Of a stretch of DNA of 64,000 nucleotides, positions 51,270 to 63,567 are shown piece after piece. The notes beneath the pieces were generated by a model. The model did not search any database. It was not told where the DNA came from and was given only the letters and a program-made list of their open reading frames with translations. The stretch is from Trichosphaerium sp. ATCC 40318. Lineage: Eukaryota; Protista; Tubulinea. The stretch lies in NCBI GenBank assembly GCA_038496445.1, contig JALMLS010000323.1, positions 62,001-126,000 of the forward strand, read 5' to 3'. Position 1 is the first letter of the stretch, and each line of letters starts with the position of its first letter. Made by a program: the position numbers and the translations under genes.

Positions 51270-52595
51270 ATGAAAACACTACTCTTAGCAAGTATTGCGT
51301 TATTCTTTGTCCTCCATTTTGGTAACATAAACACTGCTGAAGTATGCGCCAACTACGGTCAAGTCGATACTGCATCACGTGATCTCTATGTCCTAAACAA
51401 TGGATACAATATCGATGTATCTAAAGCGGATATTTGTTGTTGGCTAGATAACGGCAATCGATGGGGTGGAAGGATTGACTTTAAACAAACAACAGGTGGA
51501 GCAGGCGTTTCAATAATGTGGGGTAAATGGCCGTTTTCTGCTATTTGGACTACCGGTAGTTATCCTATACATATCAATGCAGTAGAACCACAATACAGCG
51601 AATGGAACTTTAACCTTGGTAGCACCTCAGTTTCTAACTGGAACATGTACGTTCAATTGTGTACTCTTCTTTTTTGTGCTATTTTATTACCTTTTGTCGG
51701 GTTTGATCACGTGCTGACATGTTTTTCAGGTTTTGGGAGATATGGACGCAACCATGTCCTACAGCTGATTGTATAAGACAAGTAGCAGGAGACGTTATGG
51801 TTCATCCTAGATACGGAGAAGTAAGTCTTGGACCAAAGTTTGGATCTGTAACTTTTGATGGTGTTTCATGGGATGTAGTAGCACAACCTCCAACAAATAC
51901 AAGATCATATTACATCGTACACTACTACCGCAGACCTCAAACAACACGTACAGGTACGTTGAAAGAGTTTTCTTACTTTCTTCTAATTCTCTCTTTGTAT
52001 AGGTCGTGTTAACCTTACACCTTTCTGGCGACATTCTAGAGACAACGGATGGGCTTCTGGATATGTCACTGGCATCACAGCTGGATTAGAAATGTCAAGA
52101 GGTCGTGGAAGTTTCACAACAACAAAATTTGTTTTGGATACAACACGTCCTACTGGATCTCCTCCACCGCCTATGTCATTTGTTCTCGATGGAAAACATC
52201 GTATGAGAGATACTTGGAATGGGCTGTACGCAACAGCTGCTACAAGAGTAAATTTTGCTCAAATGAAGGTGAACAATAAACTCTCGCATCCAAGGCAAAA
52301 GTTCTTCTTTGAAAAGATTAGTGGTGATAGATACAGGATAAAGAATGAATGGACTAATAAGTATATCAATGCAGCTAATGATGTTCAATGGACACCACTA
52401 AACGGTTCACCAAGCGCTGCAGGAACAGCAGCACAATGGGTAGCTCAGAAAATTGCAGGACAGAGGTATCGGTTCAGGAATGTCTGGAATGGCATGTACA
52501 TCACATCAAGCGCAAACAACGACCAGAAGCTGCAACAAGCATACTTGAACACAGCATGGACATCTCAAATATGGAATATTGAGGACGCTAACTAA
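51270..52595 (+). CDS. Secreted GH12-like glycoside hydrolase + C-terminal RICIN/beta-trefoil lectin (3 exons)
   Basis: Signal peptide; YVLNN, YP, FWEIW, GSVTFDGVSWDV, VNLTPF, GITAGLE; (Q)xW trefoil repeats YRIKNEW, AQWV, YRFRNVW, SQIW. Confidence 0.75.
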
Positions 52596-52708
52596 TGGAA
52601 AATCGTGCTTTTGTTTGTATACAATAAAAATACATCAATCATGCTCTTGAGTTTCTTTTACCTTTTAGTGCAATATATACAGTGTAGATAAGATCTAGAT
52701 CAAGGAAC

Positions 52709-52756
52709 ATGACTTTTTGATCCGGTGCAATCTCGTTGAATAGTAGATAAACACAT
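52709..52756 (+). promoter_or_regulatory. Conserved upstream element of tRNA dicistron, copy 2
   Basis: ATGACTTTTT..CCGGTGCAATCTCGTTGAATAGTAGATAAAC, matching copy 1. Confidence 0.55.
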
Positions 52757-52827
52757 GGGACAATGGTGTAACGGAAGCACATGGCATTGAAGGTGCTGCA
52801 GTTCAGGTTCGATTCCTGGTTGTCCCA
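52757..52827 (+). tRNA. tRNA with GAA anticodon (nominal tRNA-Phe, atypical body), copy 2
   Basis: Identical to copy 1 except C72 (G1-C72). Confidence 0.85.
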
Positions 52828-52835
52828 CATACGTT

Positions 52836-52923
52836 GCAGAGGTGCTCGAATTGGTTAATGAGGCTGCGTTAAGGACGCAGTGTGGTGTGTAACCACGTGT
52901 GGGTTCGAGTCCCACTCTCTGCA
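52836..52923 (+). tRNA. tRNA-Leu(AAG)
   Basis: Same acceptor, D and T arms as 28718-28804. Anticodon arm CTGCG-TTAAGGA-CGCAG. Followed by a T7 terminator at 52924-52930. Confidence 0.93.
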
Positions 52924-53140
52924 TTTTTTTGATTATGACAGAAAAAGCAAGTTTATTGACATTTGAACAAAATAACACAAGCGCGTTGGGAAGAACGATT
53001 TAAAAAGTTCGCAGTTTAACACATAAAATAGACGTTGAATCTTGGTAGCAACCATAAATTTGAAGCATTTTTAAACTGTTGGCAATACATATACAGAAGC
53101 AATAGAGTTTTATTATATTACAGGCCGACTAGGTCTATTC

Positions 53141-54779
53141 TTATGATCCTCCAGTAGAAAATTTAGATTGCAAAAACCCTGCCTCTTGCATTGCACGTTG
53201 ACGCCTAATTAAGATGTGAGAAAAAATCCAGCAAGGCATCTATGACGTTTAAAAAAAAACAAGAAAAAAGAAAAAAAAAAAGAAAACTGTTCAGGCACAC
53301 CTTGTCAAAAGGTGAACTCTGATAAGGCTTTTTGTTGTTGTTAATGTTAATAATCTTACTTCTTTGGATCTATTGTTCGTTTTATCAAATCTGTATCTCT
53401 ATCCCAGTAAGGCTTAGAAGCCAAGAATGGATTTTTTGGTTTTTTATCCTTTTTCTTTTTACTTTTCTTATGTCTTCTTTTATGCTTTTTATCTTTATGC
53501 CTCTTATGTTTATGCTTCTTATCTTTATGTTTCCGCCGTTTACTCTTTTTTCTTCTTCTATCACTATCACTACTACTGCTACTGCTCTCTGAGCTTGATG
53601 ACTCTGAGCTACTGCTTTCATCAGAGTCCTTATCTTTCTCTTCTAAATGCATTTCAAATAAAGATTTACTTCTATGTTTAGCCTAAGAAAAACATTTTAA
53701 CATAAAGAATACAAGCAATCACGAATAAAAAAAAACCAAAAAAATCAGATTTCTAATTTTTTTTCGTCTCATCACAGAACTTTACAGCTCGAATGAAAAT
53801 AATATTTTTATCACTAATAATAAAGCATAACATATTTTTGTGAGGAGGAGGAATACAAAAGAATTTGAATGAATGTTCTGTATATACACAATAATGTATT
53901 GACAAAAAAAAAAAAAAAGATCCACGAAATTGAATCTCAAGTGTCAAAGTGTCACTTTTTTTTTCGTTTTGACTAATTTTGTTAGCAATACAATTATTAC
54001 CACATTGAATATACAATAGAACTACTAGCGTTAACGTATATATTCGTTGCCTCACGGATAAAATAAAATAATAAAAAAAATGATATTTCTGTAAACTCGT
54101 ACATTGTACTGTTTAATTTCAGCTTCTTCACGCTCTCTCTTCTCTCTAGCTATACGTTCTGCAACCATTTTCTGTGCATCTCTAATAGACGTTGTTTCTT
54201 TTTGTCCTGGAGTTTTTGTCCATGCTTCAGCATCACGTTCACTAACACCAGACCTACTGAATCTTTTGACATTCTTTTGCATAATGTCTACAATAAAAGT
54301 AACAATTAATAACCGCAAACTCAATTATGAGGCTCTTTATCCATACCGAAATTAAGTGTTTTTCTTCTACCTTCTGGCATTTCTAACATCCATCCTTCGC
54401 GTGCTTTGGGTTTATGCTGAAACGGCAATTATTTTTCTTTTAACATTGAATATACGTACAAGAGACGCGTTAGGATCACCACGAAGCCGTGCCCAGTCAG
54501 CTGCTGTATTTTTTACTTCTGGTTTTTTAGTTACAGGTCTCAATAACTCGCTAAACGAAGGTCCTACTTGCTCTAAACCACCAATTAGCGGTTTTTGATA
54601 TAAAAACAACAAACCTTTCTCTCCTTTCGAAATTCGTCGTTTTTTGGGTTGTGGGGGCTTAGTATCGCTCGTATCATCTGATCCCTAACTTTATTAACGA
54701 AAGACGCCAGTAGTCGATCACGTACCGCGCCGAGCCTCAGCGGACCATCGTCGGGTTGCTTTCTTTTCTCTCCTTGCAT
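53141..54779 (-). CDS. GPALPP1: GPALPP1 / DUF3752-family protein with Ser- and Lys/His-rich low-complexity insert
   Basis: REGWMLEMP, WTKTP, IKQYN.KHRSKSLFEMH, YWDRDTDL, LQSKFSTG. Confidence 0.7.
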
Positions 54780-55609
54780 TGCGAATAACCAAAAGAAGGA
54801 ATGACATAACCGTCAAGCGCATTCTCTCCTTAAACTAAATTTCCAATGTACGCGGTATTTCTGCGGTTACTCACTTGCTGAGAAACTCATATTGCTTTTA
54901 AATTTGTCCGTTGCCTCTCGTTACAAAAACATGGCTTCATTCTTGATGTTCACTCTACACTTTCTGCCTATGGACCTAAATATGCTTGGATCCAAGCCTA
55001 ATCGGTACATCAAGAATTGTTCCGTAAAAGGACTTTATTCATTGATTTCAATTCAAAAACACCACAATTGTAACGGACAGTTGTGACTTGTGTGGTAACT
55101 AGTTTATTATCTATCTACAAACACTTAAACACATACAATCGCTTGATAGCGATATACACACGGAGTCTCTCTAAGCACATGTATCAGGATTTAAAGAAGG
55201 AAGTTTAGGATTTGATACATTCCTCAGAGGAAGAAGAAGAAGAGTTGTATTCTCAAGAACAGGTCCAGGTTATCAATCATGGATAACTGTTGAAAGAGAA
55301 TTGGGTCTTGTACCAGCTGGTACCTTTGATTTCCAAATTGTGTTCAAGCTTGGTATTAACTTGAACTTTCGAAATTGTAAGAATAACAACTTTTATTTGT
55401 TTGGGTAAAACGGTTCAACTTAATGATCTTCCGAATTTAAGTAGTATTCATTAGTATTCATGACTAGCACTAATTCATTGTTCATGCATGTTAGGCTGCA
55501 ACAGTAAACTGCGAAACTTTTTAGAAAGTCTGTGGATTGGTGTCACACTTTTGTCAATTGAAGTAAAATTTCTTTTCTTTTTTATCCTTTTACACGTGAT
55601 TAGTCATTC

Positions 55610-58564
55610 ATGGCAAAAGTACATTGGTTGGTTTTACTAGTGCTAGCTTTATCGTATTGCGAGATAATAGTTGTTGGCCCTGAAACGCCAAATACACGCT
55701 ATGCATCGAGAAAACTTCAAAACTTTTTAACTACTGAGCGTTCCCAATGGTACGTAAGGGTTAGAGTCTATATTTTGTTTGTAAACGTGATGTGATGTTG
55801 TTGTACGTTAACGGCTTCAAACAGGGAAGTAGTACAATTTGATGAGCTAAAACACTCTGAAAGAACATTTTCATCGCAAGAACACGTGATTGGAGTCGTT
55901 ATTGGTTTAAACGATGCTAGACAATTACTGAGAACTTTCGGCATTTTTACACCTAAACTAGACGAATCTAATATTACCATGGAAGGCTACATTGTATCAA
56001 CACATGTAACTGAGGTACGTTTCTATTGAGAAAGTTAAGTAGAATGTTCGGTAGCTTTTTGATCGTTTTCACGTGCGATGTAGACAGTCAAATTGACTTG
56101 CGTGTATTCAAATTCTGGTCGCGGTTTGATTTATGGTGTACAAGATGTGATAGAGCAAATGAAGCTCGCTGTAGTTTTGAATGATGTTTCAGAAGCCAGT
56201 CTTGATTCTGTTTCGGACAAGATTGTTGTTGGAGCTCGCTTTGAGTACAGGGCACTTAAAATAAACATCCCTTGGAACCCTTACAGAGAAGGTATGAATC
56301 TTTAAAAGACACTCCAAAAAGAAAAAGTATAAATCTTGTCACGTGCATCTAACAAGCCGAAAATAGGAATTGCTACCTCTCAACATATTCCAACGTTCAA
56401 GAATCTTACTTTTTGGGACGCCTATCTTGATATGATGGTTGAGAATCGTTTTAACGTCTTATCGTTATGGGGTCTTCATCCTTATCCGTTTATGCTCGAA
56501 CTAGAAAAATGGCCAAAAGCATGCCAATTTGATACAAAAACTCTAGCAGAATGGAAGCTTTATTGGCACGGGCTATTTGATAGAGCACATGAACGCGCCA
56601 TTGATACATTTATAATAGACTGGTACTCTAAAAACATAGCTTAGTATTACTTTGTGTAATTTATGTGTTAAGGAATATCTTTGTTTCGGATGGGTACGCT
56701 GCTGCGTATGATAAAGGTAACTCAACGGTTTTTGTTCCCGTTTGTGAAGTTGTAACAAAAACACAGGCGCTTGGACAGATACGTATCATGGTGCTCATAA
56801 AGCAATAGAATCTGTTGATTACCAGCAAGAGAGTGTATACCAGATGCTAAAAGAATACCCTAACATTGGTGGTATAGGATGGGTATGTGGGATTTTTTTG
56901 AAAGGAAACCTGTTACGTAACAGCATCTTTAGGAATTAGCTGAAGCAATGAATGGAATCTCAATACCAGATCGTATCAATTATGGAAATACCAAGTACTT
57001 TGGTGCTGTTGCTAGAGCGAACAGATCAGTATCTATAATATACAGAGATCCTCAGTTAGGTAAAGATGCAAGTCAAGTAAGGAAAACAATGGAAGAAATG
57101 AGCGAAAAACTAAAAATACCAATCTACCTCCAAGTAAAGTTCGACTGGAGTCACGGGTGTGTACAATACAAATATGTACTATTTGGCTTTAATTAATGTT
57201 TAAATAATAGGCATGGTACTACAATGCTCGTACATTCTGGAAGTGATTCATCTAATACAACAACGAAAATTTACTGGGATCCTCCACCAACAAAGTACAA
57301 ACTAGTTTTTCTTTAATATTTGACCTCCGAGTACTTCTTCATTCTTTAAAAGCAAACGAGACAAAAAATTCCAGGGCTTCCAATATCACTTCTAGAGTTT
57401 CGACGCTTGCGGATTTTTACCTTTTCTGCAATACTATATCGCTACTCACAACGCTTACTGTTTTTCAAAAATAGATACAAAGTCACGTGGATGGTAAGAA
57501 ATGAGGACTTCTTCTTTCTTAGATGGGGCGGTTCAGATTTTATAAAGCGTCATATAGCAAATAATGGGTTTGATTGGGTCGCAGGGTATGTAACAGGATC
57601 AGAAGGACTCATACCTGCTCTGGAATACGCAGAACAAAAAAAATACCAAACATGGAATTTTATGTTCGAAAGACAATGGCTTTTCTACATGCAGGTTAGT
57701 CTTGTTAGCTCTCAATAGTCAAAAAAACATCACCAATAGTATCTTTGTATTCGCTAACATAGCTTTTCTTCAGTGGGGACGGTTGTTGTATGATCCAAAT
57801 ACGTCATCAGATGTCTTTGCTCAAAAGTTTGCTTCTAAATATGGCACAACACTTGATGTTGCTTCAACAATGTTGCAAGCGATAGACCAAGTTGGAACTG
57901 TACCTTTGTCTATTGTTAGATTCGTAGAAAGCCAATCCGATTTTACGTTACACAGTGAAGCGTTTATAGCTCATTCTAAGTTTATCACTATTGATACGCT
58001 TATTGCTTCTCCAACTCTTGATCCTCTGCTTCAAAACATCCAAAAATTTGTCGATGGTGATAGTCCAGGTAATGCTCAAACGCCTGATCTATTTGCTTTG
58101 GAAGTAGAAAAAAATTGTAGTAGTGGATTGGCTCTGCTGAATAAGGTCAGATCATCGCTACCAGCGTCTGCTCATTTGGAAGTTGCGGTAAGAATTTCTC
58201 AGTTTTTTCTTGTTTTTTACATAGAAATCCTTCGCTTACTCACCCTTTATTTTTGTTGTAGGATATTGATTCCTGGGTAGCTTTGGGACGGTATTTTTCT
58301 TCAAAAATCAATGGCGGTATTGCGTTGGCGAAGTACAGAAAGAATGGAGATAAAGATGAAAAGACAAAAGCTGTTAATTATTTAACGCAAGCACTCGATC
58401 AATGGCAAAACCTTGTTAATGCTACGGAATCTCATTTGAGAGTTGGTATCAACTTGCTAGACCTTGGCGCAAGAGGTACAGGTCCTAATGAGAATAAGAA
58501 ATACGCATGGAGTGATCAAATTGAGCTTGTTAAAAAAGACATCCAAACAGCTCAGACCGCATAA
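55610..58564 (+). CDS. Large secreted bacterial-type carbohydrate-active-enzyme-like protein (GH20/GH67-like N-domain + TIM barrel + helical domain); family not assigned
   Basis: Signal peptide; EGYIV..GRGLIYGV; RFEYRALKINIPW; FWDAYLDMMVENRFNVLSLWGLHPYP; WMVRNEDFFFLRWG; FERQWLFYMQWGRLLYDP. Confidence 0.7.
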
Positions 58565-58755
58565 ACAAAGTTTGCATTAAAATGAACTCCCCAAGTAGAC
58601 TATAGTTGTATTGTTTTGTTTTCACCTAAGACCTTATACGATCTATCAGTTTGAATCAAGCACTTGATATCGTAATCCTTTTTATTTTTGAACTTTTTTT
58701 GAATGTATATTTTCTTGGTTTTCTGTTGTTTTTGGATTTTTCGTTGCTTTCTGCT

Positions 58756-59788
58756 TTAGTTGAGGTATACTTTCATCACTTGAGTGATTTGAACACGACA
58801 CATTGGGCATGGTTTATTCGTAAATTTAGGAGCGCATTCAGAACACATAACGACATGACCACATGGTATACAAGCATGTGAAGCTTCTTGATCAAGGCAA
58901 ACCTAATAAGTCTTTAACAACAAATACTAAATGATTGGACGCTTTTACAGCATATCACGTGTTAATCACACAGTAAATCACCGACATAAATACTGCGATA
59001 TCAAGCAAGTAAAAACTGACGTACCACACACTCGCTAGCTTCTTCAGAATTCTGTTTTTCTATTTTTTCTTTTTTTGCTAATTCCAACTTTTCTATTTCT
59101 GTCTTGTGCTGAATAATCAACTTATTAATCTCCATTATAGTCAAACTATCATAATCTCCTTTAATAATTTGAGTCATTTCAGTAGGACCATTTGATGTAA
59201 TGGTCCCTGTTGATGAAGAAACAGTTGGATTCATGTTTTGGTTTGGTGTTGTCATCATCGAGTTATTTGCGTTAGTGCTGTTGTTCTGAGTATGCTTTTG
59301 CTCTGCTAGCTTTGTTCTATGATCTTTTGAGCAACACAAGTAGTATCGCTTCTTTATGATATTGAATTGAACTGCCTCTGTACAACCTACAAAAAGATTA
59401 AAGCCGTTCAACGAAACAGAACAAGAATTGAAAAATAATTGATATAGATAGTACCTTCAAGGGCACAAAAGCGTTGTGTACGATGAGGCGTGTGGTTATT
59501 GTATTTTGACCTTGGTTTGTGTTGATGACCCCGATTATGGTTTGAGTAGGTAGAATGAATTAAACTAGAGCGTTGAGGGTAATTTCTAGATCGTGAGTGC
59601 CCTTGATGATGCGAATGGCTTAATCTATGCCCTGAGTCGTTATTGTTACTCCAATCACCACCTTGCGCGTTTTGGTTTCCATAGCGGTACCTTTTGTAGC
59701 ATTCACTACAATAAGAATGTACTTTATGGCCCCTCCTAGCCTTGGGGTTTGCACAACCAGGTGTTTGACAGTTCATATACGGTTCCAT
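58756..59788 (-). CDS. C-terminal RING-HC (C3HC4) E3 ligase-like protein with N-terminal Cys clusters
   Basis: ECVV|CLDQEASHACIPCGHVVMCSECAPKFTNKPCPMCR; N-terminal CQTPGC..YCSEC and CALEGC..CCSKDH. Confidence 0.85.
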
Positions 59789-60017
59789 GCGTGTGTAAGA
59801 ACTTTTGTTTGAATTGGTTAAACAACTTCAATAATTCAGAAAACTCGCCACAAATTCAGTTATATCCGAAGTACTACTCATGTATTAAAAGTAAGTTTTG
59901 AGGTATAATGGAGATATTCAGCAAAGTGTCACAACAATGTCTGTTGGACTTAACTAGGGCCTTTCAGTGATTAGAATTATACATGCAAGACACTCACCTT
60001 GTATGCAATTTTACGAC

Positions 60018-61707
60018 ATGGCAACACCTCAAACACAACCGTCATTTATAAATGAAGTTATAGACGATATAATATCCGATGTTTGTACTCATAGTGATGC
60101 GTACCAGAAATTTGTTGATACATTGCAAAAACCTGAAAATTTGACGTCACATCGTCTTATTGTGCCGCTGTTGAACAGTAAAAAATACAAAACAAAGTCA
60201 TCAGAAGATGGACACGTTTTAGTGCAATCTAAATCGCTACGACAGCGTAGAAATAACAGTTGTGGGTATTACGGCTTGTTTAACGCATCTGTAATTGTAG
60301 CCGCCATTATCGCGAAAGACGAGTCTTGGATGAAAGGTGAGAGGCTGAAATCGCGTAACAGTGGTTTAAAACGCTATGTGTAACCGAAAAACTCAGTAGT
60401 TGGTATTTTTAGTTTGACACTTTACTAACCCTTCGTTTCAGAGCTATTGAACCTTCATCGCGACCGTAGCTTCTTTTGGAGAAACTACACAACAAACATC
60501 GACTTACTCCTTGACCATGCAGCCGAAAAACGAAAAAACGGATCAAACTGGTATCCCTGGATTGATAAAGACATAAAATGTGGTACGGTTAGCTTCAATC
60601 TTTTGATACAGCTTGTTGTTAATCGGTTTATTGTTAGGCGTAATGGAGCGTCCTTACTTAAATTTCTTGCTTGATAATGATCCCATTATGAAGGCACTTC
60701 GCGCTCATCCTCATGTTGGTATTACAAACCTTCCGGAGTTTGGTTTAGGCTCTTTAAAATGCAACGCTTGTTCAAGCAGACTTGACATTCTTGAGGGTAT
60801 TTTTGATGATTTCAGAACTCACGACAAGTACACACACATGTTCATTATGGGACAGACATGTCATTGGTACGAAAAAGAATCGTCTGAATAATAGAATTGC
60901 AACACTCTTCGAAGCAAGATTTTTTTTTCAAAAGCTAAATGATTCTTTAGGGTTAGTGTTGTCATTAATAAATGTGGTGATAAAGTTGAAACTTTATTTT
61001 TTGACTCTAGAAACCACTTTTCTCTAGACATGTCAAAAAAAGATATTCTGGAGCACATAGATAAGCGGATGGAAGGTTACAAGCCAATTACTGATTTTAA
61101 AAGAAAAGTTTGGATTCAAAGTATTGAAGACTCACAATACGTTGTCCCATTATTACATAATTGTGCTACAGGCAAATCAAAGGTACACCAGCAAACCCAC
61201 AGCAACTTCAGTTTTGTCATATCCAGCGTACAAAGACGTTATTTTTTGACACATTTGTAGATTACAACAGAATTGCTTTCACTTAATTTTGACGGATTTT
61301 TAAACCGCTATAAAACAGTCGTAGTGGCACCAACTGAGGATGAAGAATGGTTAGTTCAATTAATACACTGGTTAGAACATTACTACCCACCAGCCATTAT
61401 TGAGTCAAGTATCATCGTACGTCCTTTGCACGTGGTTTTGTAACAGAGTTTAAATTGTTGCTATATCGACTTTCCAACTTCTCGTCGAAACTCCCTGTCT
61501 CCAAATTAGCACCTAATTGACCTTCAATAGAAACCACTTGAAATGTATGGTATTACTTCTTTACGAGACAATATAAAGGTAGAGTTAATCGCATGGGCAT
61601 CTAACATTTGGCGCAAAGTTAATTTTTCAAAACCTAAAGTTACTGTCATTGCTCGTTTTCATAATACAATGCAATGGTTCAAGAAAAACTTACTACCACA
61701 TACATAA
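60018..61707 (+). CDS. Papain-fold (Josephin-like order) cysteine peptidase candidate
   Basis: Spliced: RQRRNNSCGYYGLFNA ... FIMGQTCHWVSVVINK ... TLFFDSRN, giving Q, C, HW, D order. Confidence 0.55.
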
Positions 61708-61915
61708 ACAATAAAACTACCGCAATCTCAACAATATAAAAACAGAACAAAAAAATGTACAAAAACAAAGAATTGTAAATTAAATCAAGAAAGATTTTGA
61801 CCGCAATTCCACGTTCTTGATTAACCAAAAGGCTTAAAAAGCAAATTAATATTATTCCCATACGCTATTTGTACTATTTATATCCATTAAAGCGCAAAAA
61901 ACGTAATCTCAAGAG

Positions 61916-63374
61916 ATGACGGATGTAAATGAAGACAGCTTAACCAAATATCGTAAAGAACCATATCAAGAAGGTTTATACGTATCTAACTTGCTTTCAC
62001 TCCCTCCCGAACTACAACATTGCATACTAAACAAATTAAACCATCAGCGCTCTCTATTTCAAGCGTCTGTAACTTGTACACGTTTACGTCAGATTGCTGC
62101 TCTATCAACGTTATTCAGATTATGTACAAAGCCTTCCTACCACGTACGTTATCCCTAAACGCAGTACAGACGCATTTTGACGCTAACACGCTTAATAGAA
62201 AGCAAGTGAGCTTGTTTTTGGCTGTGAGCACTACAGCAGAGGGTGCAAGCCACTAGCACCATGCTGTAAAAAGCTGTATAGTTGTCGGTTCTGTCACGAT
62301 AAGGCTGAAGATCACAAAATAGATAGGTACCTCAAAAAACGCCTTTTACGATTTTTATTGTTAAAATCTCAGCCTCGCTGATTCCACAATTTAAAAGATT
62401 GAACGGCCTAAGGCTTGTGTAAAGTATCACGTATTTTTAAAAGCAACATAAGCGTACAAGACTGTAATAGTCAGAACAGTGCGAATCTAACTACACTAAA
62501 AAAACCCGAACAGTTTTCATTGAAAATTCCGTTGGTTTTGGCCTTTCACGTGATGTCTTCGTAATTTAATAACTTTATTTTAGATATGCTGTAAAGCAAG
62601 TCTTTTGCTATACCTGTGACCACCTTGTACCACAGGGTGAAACATGTACAAATTGCGGTACAAGGTTCGCTCGATATTATTGTGGTATTTGTAAATTTTG
62701 GGATGATACAGTACGCCCTTGTCTTTTGACCAACACCTCTTTAAACCATGCTTATTTATTATTATTAGGAAAGCAAGGATATATATCATTGCAAGCACTG
62801 TGGTCTATGTAGAATAGGTATGTCGTTCACATCTATAGCCTTTTCAATTGGTTGTAGTTCAATTGTTTAATAACGGTCATAGGTCGCGGTTTAGATGTCG
62901 ATTTTAGCCATTGTCATACATGTGGTGTTTGCATGAGTAAAAGGTACAACTTTTTTTTCGCTACTCTTGAGCTTTTGAGCAAGCATGTGTCTATTAAAAG
63001 CTTTTGCAAAAAAAAAAATTAGTCGTTTTAGTATAACTTTTATCAGTCACTGCCTCATTACCAAAGTCATACATGGTACTAACATAAAATAATTTAGGTT
63101 ATATCCAACTCATAAATGCATTCCTGGTAATAATAAGGCAACATGCCCTATTTGTAAAGAGTCAGTATTTTTTTCTGTAAAACCTGTACATTTTTTACTT
63201 TGTGGACATTTGATTCATTTCGAGTGCTTACACAAGTACAATATGGAAAAAATAGCACCCGGAGCAGTTCTTGATTGTCCGAGGTGTGATGAAGAAAAAG
63301 AGGAGAAGGAGAAGGCTAAAAAAGAGGGAAGTAATGAAGAATGTAAAATATCGCATATAAAGGCAACAAATTAA
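61916..63374 (+). CDS. F-box fused to CHY-zinc finger/CTCHY/RING-H2 (RCHY1/Pirh2-like)
   Basis: LLSLPPELQHCILNKL..ASVTCTRL; GCEHYSRGCK..APCC..YSCRFCHD; YYCGICKFWDD; IYHCKHCGLCRIG; CPICKE..CGHLIHFEC..CPRC. Confidence 0.88.
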
Positions 63375-63567
63375 AAAAACTTGTTTGTATCCTCTTTACT
63401 GACTACTAGCGTTATTCCATTTGTACGGAACTGTTTATATTTTCTGTTTGTATTTGATTACTTTGAAAGAAAACTGAAAAGTCACGTGGTTTTTTAATGA
63501 TGTGCCACAAAACTAAACGTAACCAAAATTAGCATTTTTTTCTATCTACATTTTTATTGTTGGTAAT

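Noticed and set aside
53332-53681. Hydrophobic 'membrane protein' ORFs on +
   Set aside because: They are antisense shadows of the Lys/Ser-rich exon of the GPALPP1-like gene.
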